Part shown: piece by piece, positions 1 through 12,200 of the stretch
How positions within the stretch are numbered: position 1 is the first letter of the stretch
How the letters are laid out: the number at the start of each line of letters is the position of its first letter
Source of the DNA: Phoronis australis
Taxonomy: Eukaryota; Animalia; Phoronida
Length of the DNA stretch: 64,000 nt
Direction: 5' to 3'
Assembly (NCBI GenBank): GCA_002633005.1
Contig: NMRA01000185.1
Span: 152,892-216,891, forward strand
Made by a program: the position numbers and the translations under genes
Notes under the pieces: model-generated
What the model was told of the DNA's origin: nothing
The model's database searches: none
The model's input: only the letters and a program-made list of their open reading frames with translations

Positions 1-715
1 TGAGAAAAAGCTCGTTGTCAAAGTTGCGATGAGATCGACACCACAAGCGAGCAGTGATACCATCTTCGCTTTCTTCCATGAACTCTATCACGTAGATCCT
101 GATTTGAAACACGGTTTGCATTTAAGGAATATCGACAAGGAAAACGCCTTGAAACTAGTTCGAAGCCCCTTCTGACGAAGATATTGGTCTTAGACTCTCT
201 CTTAACCCCTCCGAGACCAAAGTTAATGAGCAGCACAATTCATCGTCGTGTCGCCCGTGGTGGTAGAGAAACGGGTGCGCCGATGACGTTTTCAATCGCG
301 CAAGTGTCGCAAACGTTCAGGATTTCGTCCAGTTCCACAATCTACCTCGACGTGGGTCGTTATATTATCCCTTCAAGTACGTACTGGTCACCTAAGATGG
401 AAAACAAAGTGTGCAGGACACCTCGTCTCACTACTATTGGTTGCTCCATGAAAGCGTTCGGAAGGAGTGAGCCGTTTTCTTGGTTTCTGAAAATAAAACT
501 GTTGGAGAAATTCAGTTTCAGAACTACTGTATGCTTCCTAAGAACCATTAGGATGACTTGACGAAGGTGTTCGAGGCTCAAACTCAGTAGCCGTAAGTTC
601 TAAATATTTTGCAGTCTTAATTCTTCTCACGAGTGCCCTGCTGCTTATATACGACCAGTTGTGACGATAGACGGCACACAGAGCGGGATCCATGTATCCG
701 GAGATTGTAGAAAAT
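1..715 (-). pseudogene. Decayed N-terminal region of a Maverick/Polinton (adintovirus-like) protein-primed DNA polymerase B; continues off the window start
   Basis: Minus-strand pieces joined across stops/frameshifts: MDPALCAVYRHNWSYISSR...; VVLKLNFSNSFIFRNQENG...; *RPTSR*IVE...VIGAPVSLPP; FQGVFLVDIP*MQTVFQIRIYVIEF...TARLWCRSHRNFDNELFL. The order matches remembered Maverick pPolB N-terminal blocks (Y..NW..I; K.N.SF.FI.RN.E.G; RP.S.W.V; IG....LP; F.GV.L.D.P; A.L..RS; L.LN). Confidence 0.65.
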
Positions 716-3075
716 CTAGGGTAGGAAGTGACAAGAATAACACTAATTTTTTACCAAAGATACAAACTACGAACAGCCGACTCCCGTGTTTGAATACACA
801 AAGACGAAGAAAGCAGACGTTCTCTCCGGAACGCCGAATCACGTGTAAGCTTCTCATTGGACGTTGCCATCAAGTTTTTATGGGAGACAACTTCAAAGCT
901 CTACAACAGGATGTCGGCTGACTTTCCCCGATCTCCGGCAACTAATGACGTTACTTTTAGGCGCTGAGGCAGATGAAGAGCTAACGACTACTTTTGGGGC
1001 CGGTATACTCGTTTCGACTTGATCGAAGCCTCGTGAGATTGCCTCTTCGCACGCATACTTTCCCCTGTGAACCCTTCCTCCATGTCGTTGTAGACTTCGG
1101 GACGTGTCGAAAGTTTTCTCTCTTCATACTACAACCGTATTTTTTCGTCGTTAAATCGGAAACTAAGCCTGTTTGAAGTTTAATTCTCTTGTTTGTTACT
1201 TCGTGGTACAGCGTTGATTGATTGTCTTATCCTGCACTTGAACCTAATTGTAGTTGTAGTAAGCCTAGCACTGTTGGGGATAGTGGTAGGAATATAGTGG
1301 TCGGCGTGGGTCCTTTTTCAAGGCTGTCTTGTTGGTTAGAAAATTCTAGCTTCGTTAAAATCCAAGATGAACAAGAGCATGAATACTACGCATTATTTAT
1401 AAAGTGTTGTTATAGAAATAATGAGTAGGATATTTTATAGCTATAAGTGTAACAAATTAAACAAAATAAAGTCTGTAGACTCTAAGTATGTGGAAATTGA
1501 ACACACGTCAATGTTTTGGTGGTGTTCCAGTGAAACAAAGGACCCGGAAGTTTGCATTCGAACCTCTTCTTTGGGCGTTGTGAAAATCCTTCGTGTTGAC
1601 TGGTCTCGGCTCTGTCAACCCCATTCTCAGATTCGGAAATGTGGCATGTTATGAATTTGTCCACCTGGTCCTGCAGTCGATTCTGGTGCGATGTATGCCA
1701 GTCCGAAGAGGTTGCACTACTTAATATGGGTGTTTTTATTTCGATGCCGTCAAAGAAGACTGACACGTATTGTTTGACAGACACTCCCTTGGCCGGCTCC
1801 AGGATGACGAAAACGTTCCGTGGGCTTCTTTGATTCTGTATAGCCGCTGACACGGTGAGGTTCTGACAGTATTCCACTCTTAATCTATCACTTAATTTCT
1901 TAATTCTTCCTTTGCTTGCATGCTCTTTATTACATCATACTTCCATCTTCTTTCCTCATGATGAACCTGGACTATGGCCTGCGCAATTACCAATTCCGCA
2001 AAGACGCCAACGACTGTCTTCTCAATCGTGTCCTCCACAAATGCTTCTACTTCGTTTTTTAATTCGGAACCCTAATCAGGAGCTGGTGAATTTTAGCTAG
2101 CGAGCCGGGATGTCTCGTAGACACCACTTCCTCTGGGGCTTCTGTAATTTAGTAACGCAGACACAGCGTCGTTCTGTGAATCTTTCGTTTCCGATTCATT
2201 TGTGCACTTGGTGCTTTTTTGCTTGCACTCTCTTGATCATTATGTTCCAGTCGCTACATATATATCTCTACCATGGCCTTCTCTATAGCGGTTTCCACAA
2301 ATGTTTCCACTGTGTCTTTTTTGTCTTTTTCCCCAAGCTCTGATCAGGGATTACTCCTTTTCCATACGTCGTTTGCTGCTGTGTCTTTTGTAACTGTTGC
2401 CACGCACACCGTCACCAAATGCACATTTCACCACGGCAGCCACCATTTCCACTACTGTTGAACTGGTTGAAATTCATTAAATTTCGTCTCTGAGCTCGTC
2501 CATCCTACTTTCCCCTTCGCTCTTGTAATCAAAGCGACGTCACAAACTATGACGTATGCAAAACATTAATCACGAAACGCTACACGTCATCCAATCTATA
2601 CATATATATTCTTTCTTGAGATTTGTGTAATTAATCTTGAATTGAAGTTGCTATAAACAATAGCATTTCGTGAAAGAAATAACTTTTGACTAAGACCATT
2701 TACCGCTATAAAAGAGGTCTTTAACTTTTTCTTTTCTTCGTTGAGGGGTGATGTCTGGGCACGGATAGATCTGAATGTTCGTTAGCGCACACCCCCTCAA
2801 CGTTTTTTGAATCTGAACAAAAGTAACAAAAGGGCACTTTGCTCAAATAACATTATGCAGGGACATTGTCAGCCAAAAAGATTCCGTACAAATATCGGGT
2901 CTAGTAATTGCGGTGGCATAATTCTCGGGCGCAAATCAAATACGAATTATCAGCTGCGCACGTCTTAAACACTACGCACCGGTAAGCTGTCAAGTTCCCT
3001 GGAAAGCAAAAAAATAGTACTACGAGCAATGCTGGTCAGGTTGGAACATGCCCCTAGACCCTGCTACCACTCATG

Positions 3076-3140
3076 TAGTCTCCTGCACAGACCCACGACG
3101 TGACGTCAGCCTGAGCTTGTGAAGCCCGGGAACCAGGTTA
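3076..3140. mobile_element. 65-bp mini DNA-transposon remnant with 9-bp TSD (Academ-like termini)
   Basis: Direct repeat CCACTCATG at 3067-3075 and 3141-3149; insert begins TAGTCTCC and ends CCAGGTTA. Confidence 0.55.
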
Positions 3141-4586
3141 CCACTCATGCTATGTAATAGCATAGCTCATCGCTATTTGTCATTTTTGTGGTGTTCGCAA
3201 TTGGTATGCTCGCATACGTTCTGTTAATGGAATCTGATGTTAATGTTCGAGGTGTTCATAGAACGTCATGTTAAGTTATGGCCGTAACTGGTATGAGGCG
3301 TGATCAAGCCACGCACCATGCTTTCGAGAAGGAAAAGCATCTCTGACTTCACGAAGAGACACGGTCCAAAATCTGGCCCACTCCTGTGGGACTGTTGCAT
3401 CTCAATGTGCTGTAAAACGTATTACGTGAGGGCCGACGACAGTAAGTCTCACTTCAGCTACAAAGATGAACAACAACAGAGAAACGAGATTGGTAAGAAG
3501 ACGAAAGTGTTCGTAGACCACGAAGACTAACTCGGCCTGGAACAAAGATTTTCGACTAGGTGGCAATAATAACGCGTATACCCATGTGCAACAAAGATGT
3601 ACATTCACAAATTTTTACAAGAAGTGACTTTAGTGCTCGAAGACGGTGTCACCACTGGACCTTTGGACCTCTAATGAAATCTCGATAAATTGTACGGATG
3701 ATGGTGTTTGTACGTCTTTATAATTGTAATGTGTTGGAATGTATTTTGTTGTAATTACACGTTTCAACAACAATAGGTTTCTTTTCCATTTTGGGTCTTC
3801 ACAACATCTCCTTTTCATGGGTTAGACATACGCGACACCTCAGTGTTTGGCGTTAGCTTATCACGACGACACGTGGTGTTGGTGTACACTGACCTTTTTC
3901 CCCACTCTTGATCAGTTGAACACAACAAGTTCATTTGAGCGTAATCAAAATAACTTCTTTTTAGTGTCAGAAATTTGTGTGGTGGACGGTGCCACGCCCT
4001 ACATGCCCAGCGATGTCATCACGTGACTTCCTATTTGATTATGACTCTCGTTTTTTCTTACGTTACTTCCGGTTTGCGGAAGATTTCCCGTTACACGTAT
4101 CACCGTTGAAACTAAGGTAGGCCTACATTTCGAACTCAAAGGGATGCCGTCATCTCCTGGTCTATTTTGGTCTATTTGACAATGACCCTACTGTCCTTTT
4201 TACTTCTTTCCGGTTTTCCGATGACGCCGCTTCCGGAATCACCATTGACCTCTCATTTTTACCAATGTCATTTAACCGATGATCTTCTCAAAGATGTCGC
4301 CTAAACGACTTACTACATTATTCGCCCCCAGGTATTAGGGACACCCTCCCGGCAGAAGCCCGGGCCTGCATCGTTTTAAAGTGTACCTTCAAAGAATTAC
4401 CTAGCTAACAATCATTAAGTGAGCTTTTCCCGAACTGGACACTAATAAATTAAATGTTAATCTCATGCCTCATTTTCACTCTCCAAAATAGACCAAAACT
4501 ATTACTGGGATTTCCGAAACGTTGTTCGATTTTCTCATGTGCCGGCTAGAGCAGTATTTATGGATTTCTCAGCTCGCGCTGATTAA

Positions 4587-6242
4587 AGGAGAATGCCACC
4601 CAAAAAACAACCTATTCTGTATCAATTTAGATCGAGTAGCTCCACTCGATAACGGCAGGTTCGGTTGCGTTACCTGACACCTGACGGCAGGCGGAGGTGT
4701 TGAAATTATCCAATGACGTAATTGGTTTCACACGCAGTCTGTTCAGCAGTTCACAACACGGATTAGTGGTGACAGCTTATCGCTTGAATTCATCTTTTAA
4801 CACCAATTAATCGTCAAAAATCGATGTAAAACCGTTAAAAAACACCGAGTTCTTGTAAAAACGTGTTGTTTTATTTCGCTGTCACGGATTTACTGGTATT
4901 TGGACACATCGTAGCCTACAAAGTTCGGCATGCCAATTTAGCAAGGTCCGTAGCAGGATTTTGGGGTCTGTTCGGAGATAAATTCGAAGTATTCTCCGTG
5001 AAATACAGACAGGAGAACCTAGATCTGTGTAGTTAATACTTTGTGATTTTTTTAGTTCTAAACACACAAAACGCTTGTTATCCCGGTCAGTGGCTCGGAA
5101 CCCGATCAGGCCCGTCGCGACAGCCGGGACTGGCACGAACATAAAGCAGCTTGAGTTGGAAACTAAACCTCCAGTCACAAAAAGACTATAATAGTGAGCC
5201 AAAGAAATAATGTGCACGTAATTATATATGTGAATTAGCCATGAAACTGAAAATCTACTTACTTGTCGGGGGCCGCGAAGTAGGGTTCCCCTTCCACAGA
5301 CCGTCATTGCAAAGGTTGTACAGTAACAATGTTTTGAATTATGTATTTATATTTCTAAATAAAGATTCCCCTAACATGTGACCATAGCATATAAAATCGA
5401 GTAATTCCTTCACAACAGCTTTCTGTCAGCGAACACTGAATTAGCATGCGCTCACACGGCCTCAGTGCCCGGACAATTACCTTTGCTGCCGGCATCAAAA
5501 GCCGGTAACGCAGTGGTTTATTCATTGCTGGCTTTTTAAAACATTTGCACTTACGAGCACTCCAAGGCAATACTAATACTGTATCTAATGAGACAGATTT
5601 TGATTCGAGGTTTCATATAAGCATTGGTTATGAGAATAATTCATTTCGAAACAAAACGCAGAATAGTAAACGTCTACACGGCAACTCGCCCGGCGCCAAT
5701 CCTGACTTAGTCAAGAGCTCATCCGACGAAGACTACACGGATCGTTACTATAGGTTTCACAGGCTACCGGTTCGAACCGGAATACGAAATACTAGAGAGG
5801 CGCCGTGAACATGCACAGGCAACGAAGCGTATGGATAGTTCTTTGGTAAACCGGAATTCGTCAGAGAAATCCCTGTCGACGAAATGCCGGCCACAGACAC
5901 GGAGATGTTTCACGGCCTCACTTGCTATTAACAGCGTACCTTTCATTCTTCACTACCGCGAGCCACTTCCTAAGCATTTCAGGCTCTCTAAGAAGTCGAA
6001 AAAGCCATTAATACGCGCTTTCTTGGCAGCTTCATAGTTCGGACAAGCGGAAACCGATGCATCGCAACGTGGCGACATTCACTATGCAGACGAACCACTG
6101 ACGTCGCAGCGTCGCTTCTCACCTTCCTCACAGGTTAACGCGACACCCCTCGGCAAGGTGAGGTCGACCGTATAAGAGGCGATGTGGATATAGACGGATT
6201 AAGACGGTAAAAAAGACTAACTAAATCGGGTGGCATTCTCCT
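4587..6242 (-). mobile_element. Non-autonomous Kolobok-type DNA transposon with THAP and KolX-like remnants
   Basis: Perfect 15-bp TIR AGGAGAATGCCACCC / GGGTGGCATTCTCCT flanked by TTAA (4583-4586, 6243-6246). Minus strand encodes a frameshifted THAP domain (MSPRC..C; REPEMLRKWLAVV; HLRVCGRHF) and Cys-rich pieces (ESCCEG; VPVPAVATGLI). Confidence 0.8.
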
Positions 6243-6659
6243 TTAAAGTTTGTCCGGTTACTTTTGTAGGCCTAACTCAAAATTAGGTCAACTCTCAACA
6301 TTGAAATGTATGGCAGCTTATAGCCCATTTCTACACGTATATACAGCTGTTCAGTTCCCGTGTGTCTAGGCTATCGTTTATTATCGAAGGAAAACTAACT
6401 TATCTTGGAATTTTACAGAAGTCGGCAAATTATCAACAACATGCTACAAACTCCAAATCTGCGCGAAACAGAAAATGATACTAAAAATAATGGTTTCACA
6501 CTTTGCCAGCAGGAGCACATGCAAGTGACATCTTGTGCCAAAGTATTGGTATATTTTAATTTGGCAAACAAAGGAACATAGTGCCCCATGACTCAAGGTG
6601 CCCCACTTTCTCCTACTCCCACTCCTCCCCTCCCAACTCCCAATTGTGGTTTTTGTTGT

Positions 6660-7080
6660 ATTTTTGATACCATGCCTAAACCATCATTTACCTTGTTTTG
6701 AGAAGTGTCCAAATTGTCAGCATCATCAAACATTCCTTCATAGCTCTGCACATCACAACTGTGAACACAACATCCCGAAAACGTGAAAATAGAAGAAAAA
6801 CAAAACTCTAGCTTCATGGACATGACTGTGACGTATGAACGTACCCAGCGCCTGTGGGTTATGTCCACCAATGGCTAGTTATTTCTTCAAACGTGTCTGC
6901 CATATCTGCGCTTTCCTGATGTCTGTGGGAAAATGAAAAGACCCGCAGCGTGCTCAAATACTAACTTAAAGGCCTTTGCCATTGCCTTTGAAGCTTCGGT
7001 GTTACAGAAGCTTTGGTCAGTGGAATTACTTAATTTTGGTCTTTTATCGAAGTCGTTAGCAGCTCTAGTTAACTCCGAAG
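6660..7080 (-). pseudogene. Possible MULE (Mutator) transposase fragment
   Basis: RPKLSN...KAMAKAFKLVFEHA and downstream EGMFDDA..NKV resemble the D.E.A...AF..VF..A.H and GL.D...F..KL blocks of MULE DDE domains; heavily degenerate. Confidence 0.35.
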
Positions 7081-7237
7081 TTAAGAGGTGGACGACCTTA
7101 TTCATGCAGTCGCCATTTTAGTAGTAAGCCTCTGACGAGGCACACGCGTAAAAAAATCACGCTTTGCGCTGTATTTAAGCGCAAAATGCATTGTTTTTAA
7201 AACGTAAAAAGGGTAATTTCTCAAATATAAGCAGTAG

Positions 7238-7305
7238 CGCGAAATCGAACCCTCTAGCTCCACTGTTGCTACCACTGAAACGCTGTACCACTGAGCCAAA
7301 TCGCG
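7238..7305 (-). other. tRNA-like Pol III A/B-box sequence (SINE head or pseudo-tRNA)
   Basis: Minus strand CGCGATT-TGGCTCAGTGG (A box)...GGTTCGATT (B box)-TCGCG; the ends can pair but there is no clean anticodon arm. Confidence 0.4.
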
Positions 7306-9161
7306 ATAAACCTACAATAGTGAATGTCGATCACTCGGCTCCCAATCGTGGCAAGTACATGTTTTAAGACTTTTTCGTTTGCAATTTGTATGAATTTAAC
7401 ATGTTTTAATACCCTAATAGCTGATGAAATCATGTGCATCTGGGTCTTTTTGAACTATATCAGAGCTCCGTCTGTCGTGGCTGTTGAATTGTGGACAGTA
7501 CCCTTGGCCAATAGTAGACAATCTACGCTACTTCGTACTTGGTTAGGACTTAACGGAAGAGGCCGAGCTAGCAACCGTTATTGTTTTCAAATAATAAGAC
7601 ATTTCATAACATTGCTCCAGCTTGTAGCCTTTTCTCATGCGGGACATCTTGCGAATATCTAGGTGTATGCGTTTCCGAACTGAGAGAGCATAAGTTTTAT
7701 TTTCTCAGGTTACATTCGGTGGGAAATTCCTGACAACTAATACGTATGCTATTTTTTTCTCTGTCAACAGTGTCTTTATATTCTTCTCAAAGGACAGCGA
7801 TGAAATATTGTGTGCGATATACTGTCATCGTTATTGTAGGCTCATGTGCAACACTGAATTCAAACTTCTTGGAATGACAACAAAAACTATTTTCTTTATT
7901 TCTTTAATCATTGTTTCAGATGCTATCTTATATAAATCTTGCGCCGATGGCACTTCAGTGCTCATTCAAAACCCTGCACTGTTGAACAAATCTCCTGTCT
8001 GGCTCTAGCCTAAGCATTCCAGCATGAAAATACGGCAATGGTTGAAACACCAGTTAGGAGATTATTTCCATCGTATTGGAAGTTCAGCAGTTATATTGTT
8101 TCTCGTTATCTATTACGCAAACAAAAATCAATCAAAATTCCACATGTTTCAGTTGCTTAAAATCAATTGCCGCCGCCGGCATAGCGGCGGGCGAATACCC
8201 GGCTCTAAGTGGGCCACTTTTCAAAATTTCGCCGCTGTTTAGTTGTCGACAATCGAAGCGCCTTTAGGGCTTATAAAACACTCGTTAATCTTGAATTTTA
8301 GTGAGCCGACAACTCAGTCACAGACAATGTGTACAAGCGTCATTTTCGAATTCGCTGTCTGAAGGCGGACCACTGGCAGATCACCGCGGGCATCGTGACT
8401 TGAATAACGGCTACTCTAAGTCACTTTCTTGAGTCGCTGGTGGTTTAGATTTTCTGAATTGTTGGTAACGGAAATAGAATCCTGTCATTCATTGAATATT
8501 ATGAGTCTGGTATTATGAGAACTAATGCTTCCGTTTTTAGTTTTTCTCGCTTGCCTGGCTGGCCCATGGTGTTCACAGGTTTCAAAAGATTGCATCGTCT
8601 GTTTTACTGAGGCCTACAATATCTTCCCTGTTGCGATCCTCCCTGTGCAATAAAGAATAGCGTTTTATTATATTTACAGTGAAATTTATCCTAGGCAACG
8701 CCGAGTAGGCCTAGTGGAGTAGGGGGGCCAGCTAGATGAGGGCAGAGTATTAGCCAGGATTGTGGCCGTCAGATATTTGAACTCCGGAAGTGCCAAATGG
8801 AATATGGGAGAATTTTAGGGGAGGGGGCGTGGCGCCGTAGTCCCCCTTAAATCCGCTAGTGCTATATATACCCCTATAGTATACTAGTGAGTCTACCACT
8901 GGGTGCCACTGGCAGTAGTATGTTTGGCCGAGAGATGGCAGCACACCAGTGTGCCCAGGCGTGCGCTCAGTAATGCTGCGACCTAGCTAGAATCTATCCA
9001 AAGTCACCTGATCTAACTTTAAATACACGACAATATCTCACGTAATCTCGCGAAGTTTTACTTTTTAGTGAGATCCTAGCGTTAATGAAGAGAGGCATAT
9101 TTGTTCGTGAAATCGAAATTATCCCCCCCTGTCAATCATCTGCACGCTGCAAGCTTCGAGA

Positions 9162-9171
9162 AAGATGGCGG
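9162..9171 (+). promoter_or_regulatory. YY1-like AAGATGGCGG motif overlapping the transketolase start codon
   Basis: AAGATGGCGG at 9162-9171; TCTCGCGA at about 9046 upstream, typical of housekeeping promoters. Confidence 0.35.
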
Positions 9172-9271
9172 AGTATCACTGTCCAGATGCGAAGAAAGTT
9201 CAAGCGTTAAATGATATTGCCAACAAGATACGAATACACAGCATAGAATCGACTACTGCTGCTGGATCTGG
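9165..9271 (+). CDS. TKT: Transketolase exon 1
   Basis: [36 protein letters not shown]; donor GG|gtaagt. Confidence 0.95.
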
Positions 9272-12200
9272 GTAAGTGTATATTTACATATAATTGAATG
9301 ACATTGCTGAAATTCTGCAAAATATTTAAGTCAAAATAAACCGGCGTTTTGCCCCGTGCCTGGTAAGTTCTGCTTCGCTGCCGCTGGGACATAACAAGCA
9401 TGGCGAATTGTAACGCTGTTTCCTGTTTCGACATCCGCCAACGAGAGCAACCCTTGAGAATTTAATCTTGCTGAAGTTCAAACGGACGTTGAATTCTCCA
9501 TTTACTTTAATTCTGAATTGCGAACTCATGTGCATGAAATGTGAACAGAACAGAAGATGATTATTTTATATTAATCCAGCTCAGGTGTGTTTTAAACTAC
9601 TATAATTAAAGGTCGCACATTCCACATTTCGTCAAATTTCTTTTGAAAACCGCCGTGTGCAAAAAATGCAAGAGCCAGCACATGCGACGGTATCAGCCAC
9701 GTGCCCATCCAAAGCACTGTATGAAGTAGACTAACTGTCCCACTAGGGATGTGACAAAAAAATTCAACTACTTATTTAATATTTAAAAATACAAGAACAT
9801 CAATAACTAATTCAAACAAAAAAAAATCCGTTAAGCCGTTGACTTTTTATGAACGTTTGAGGAGCGATAATTAGCCCTTTATTTTAGTCCACTGAATTCG
9901 TGGAAATAAAGGCGCATTTATGTGACCCAAAATTAGTTTTTCACAATAACTTTCCTGAATGAAAAACTCAACAAAAACACTACTGTCATATGGAATTGGC
10001 AAACTGTGGGTTTGTTTCATAAAAAACAGTAAAACGTGGAAATATTTGAAGAAAACCTAGCCAAAAATCGCACTTTAAACATTATCAAATAATTCGGATT
10101 TTGAGCCAATCAAATCTCTAGGGTTTGGTCATGTGACCAAAATTCGCTGGCCAAAAATTACCTATACTAAGCCTTACAAAGTCATAGATATTCAAAAAAT
10201 AGAAATGAAAATGTATGGAACGTCACCCAAGTTGATCAATTCCGCTATTAATTTACATAAATTAGTCAATATACCTATTTTAAGAGCAATTGTTAACCAT
10301 AAACTGCCATGCTGACGCTGATCAGTTATGGCTGGTCGGCGAGAATGCCTGCCTCGGCCCGGGTCTTAACTTTCACGGATTTAGCACATCATATGAATTG
10401 AATGAAATGAAATTTGGTGAGCAGTTGCAAGAGATATAAAAAGAGAATGAAGNAAAGTCTTGCTTTTAACCTAGGTCCTAGCGTTACTGAACGGGAGGCA
10501 AGTGTGTTTTAAGCTATTATACACCGGTGACCTAAAGTCGTGAATATAAGCATAATAAGCAGTTGATTGTCATACTACCCAATGTTCGTTCGCAACTACT
10601 CATGTGATGTCATGGACATGTATCAGCCTTCACAAATATACGTGTTTTGACAATCTTAATCCTTGTTTGTATCCGTAAGAAGAGTTTCAAAACGGTCGCT
10701 GATATCGCCCGCCATTTTGAATGAGGCCCTAAAGTCGTGAACGTTTCGTTTAGACGGAAATGCACGAAGTAAGACGTTTTCAATGAGGTTGTTCACGTAA
10801 AACGCTAAGAACCCAGCATCAGTTATCGTTCTGTATTGTATTGTTTTGGCCTTACAAAACTTGATCGACCCTGGGACATTTTGATACATTGTTCAAGCTA
10901 CCCCTGGAGCGCGTGTTTGAGTAAATCTAAGCGATAAATATTTTTGAAAATATAGCACAAATATGCACAAAAAAGTGAATTAGTGAAATATGCTGTTTTT
11001 AAGATACATTTGAAAAAAGAAGCCACTCACTCACTGTTTGTTAACATATTGTGAATACGAACACGTCCGGGTATTCGTTTGACGTTCGTAAGCAGACGAA
11101 CGCTGGAAACTTCAACGCCAGATGTCGCAGGATGGCGCAGAAGAGGAAATAAGATCGTTCACGACTTTAGGGCACTGACGACTTTAGGACCTCTGACAGT
11201 ATAAAGGTCGCACATTCCTCATTTCGTCAAATTTCTTTGAAAACCGCTGTGTGCAAAAACTGAAAGAGCCAGCACATGGGACGGTATCAGCCACGTGCCC
11301 ATCCAAAGCACTGTATGAAGTATACTAACTGTCCCACTAGGGATGTGACAAAAAAATTCAAATACTTAATATTTAAAAATACATAGATTTAAAAGAACAT
11401 CAATAACAAATTCAAACCAAAAAAAATCTGTTAAGCCGCTGACTTTTTATGGACGCTTGAGGAGCAATAATTAGCCCCTTATTTTTAGTCCACTGAATAC
11501 ATGGAAGTAAAGGCACATTTATGTGACCCAAAATTAGTTTTTCACAATAACTTTCCTGAATGAAAAACTCAACAAAAACACTACTGTCATATGGAATTGG
11601 CAAACTGTGGGTTTGTTTCATAAAAAACGGTAAAACGTGGAAATATTTGAAGAAAACCTAGCCAAAAATCGCACTTTAAACATTATCAAATAATTCGGAT
11701 TTTGAGCCAATCAAATCTCTAGGGTTTGGTCATGTGACCAAAATTCGCTGGCCAAAAATTACCTATACTAAGCCTTACAAAGTCATAGATATTCAAAAAA
11801 TAGAAATGAAAATGTATGGAACGTCACCCAAGTTGATCAATTCCGCTATTAATTTACATAAACTAGTCAATGTACCTATTTTAAGAGCAATTGTTAACCA
11901 TAAACTGCCATGCTGACGCTGATCAGTTATGGCTGGTCGGCGAGAATGCCTGCCTCGGCCCGGGTCTTAACTTTCACGGATTTAGCACATCATATGAATT
12001 GAATGAAATGAAATTTGGTGAGCAGTTGCAAGAGATATAAAAAGAGAATGAAGAGCTCATTTTGTAAGAATAAATGCCTTACCTTTCAAAATACAAGCAG
12101 TTAAACAGGAGCGAAAATTTTCCCAACTTCTCACCAGTCACATGCTTTAACAAAAAGGAAAACTCAAAAAAAATGTTGTATGCCCAGAAGACTTTACGGT

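Larger units (their letters stand above)
1..4316. mobile_element. Probable terminal segment of a degraded Maverick/Polinton element (boundary approximate)
   Basis: pPolB remnant; decayed compact accessory ORFs (1482-2450 -, 3300-3530 +, 3630-3818 -); subterminal zone 3980-4260 rich in CTTCCGG/TTTCCGG, CACGTG and GCCACGCCC motifs; ends near ACGACTTACTAC (4305-4316), resembling Maverick ..ACTACT termini. Confidence 0.45.

Noticed and set aside
10133-11916. Near-identical 60-aa ORFs (MTKIRWPK..) at 10133 and 11734
   Set aside because: GTG-start chance ORFs inside the duplicated non-coding repeat; no recognisable domain.
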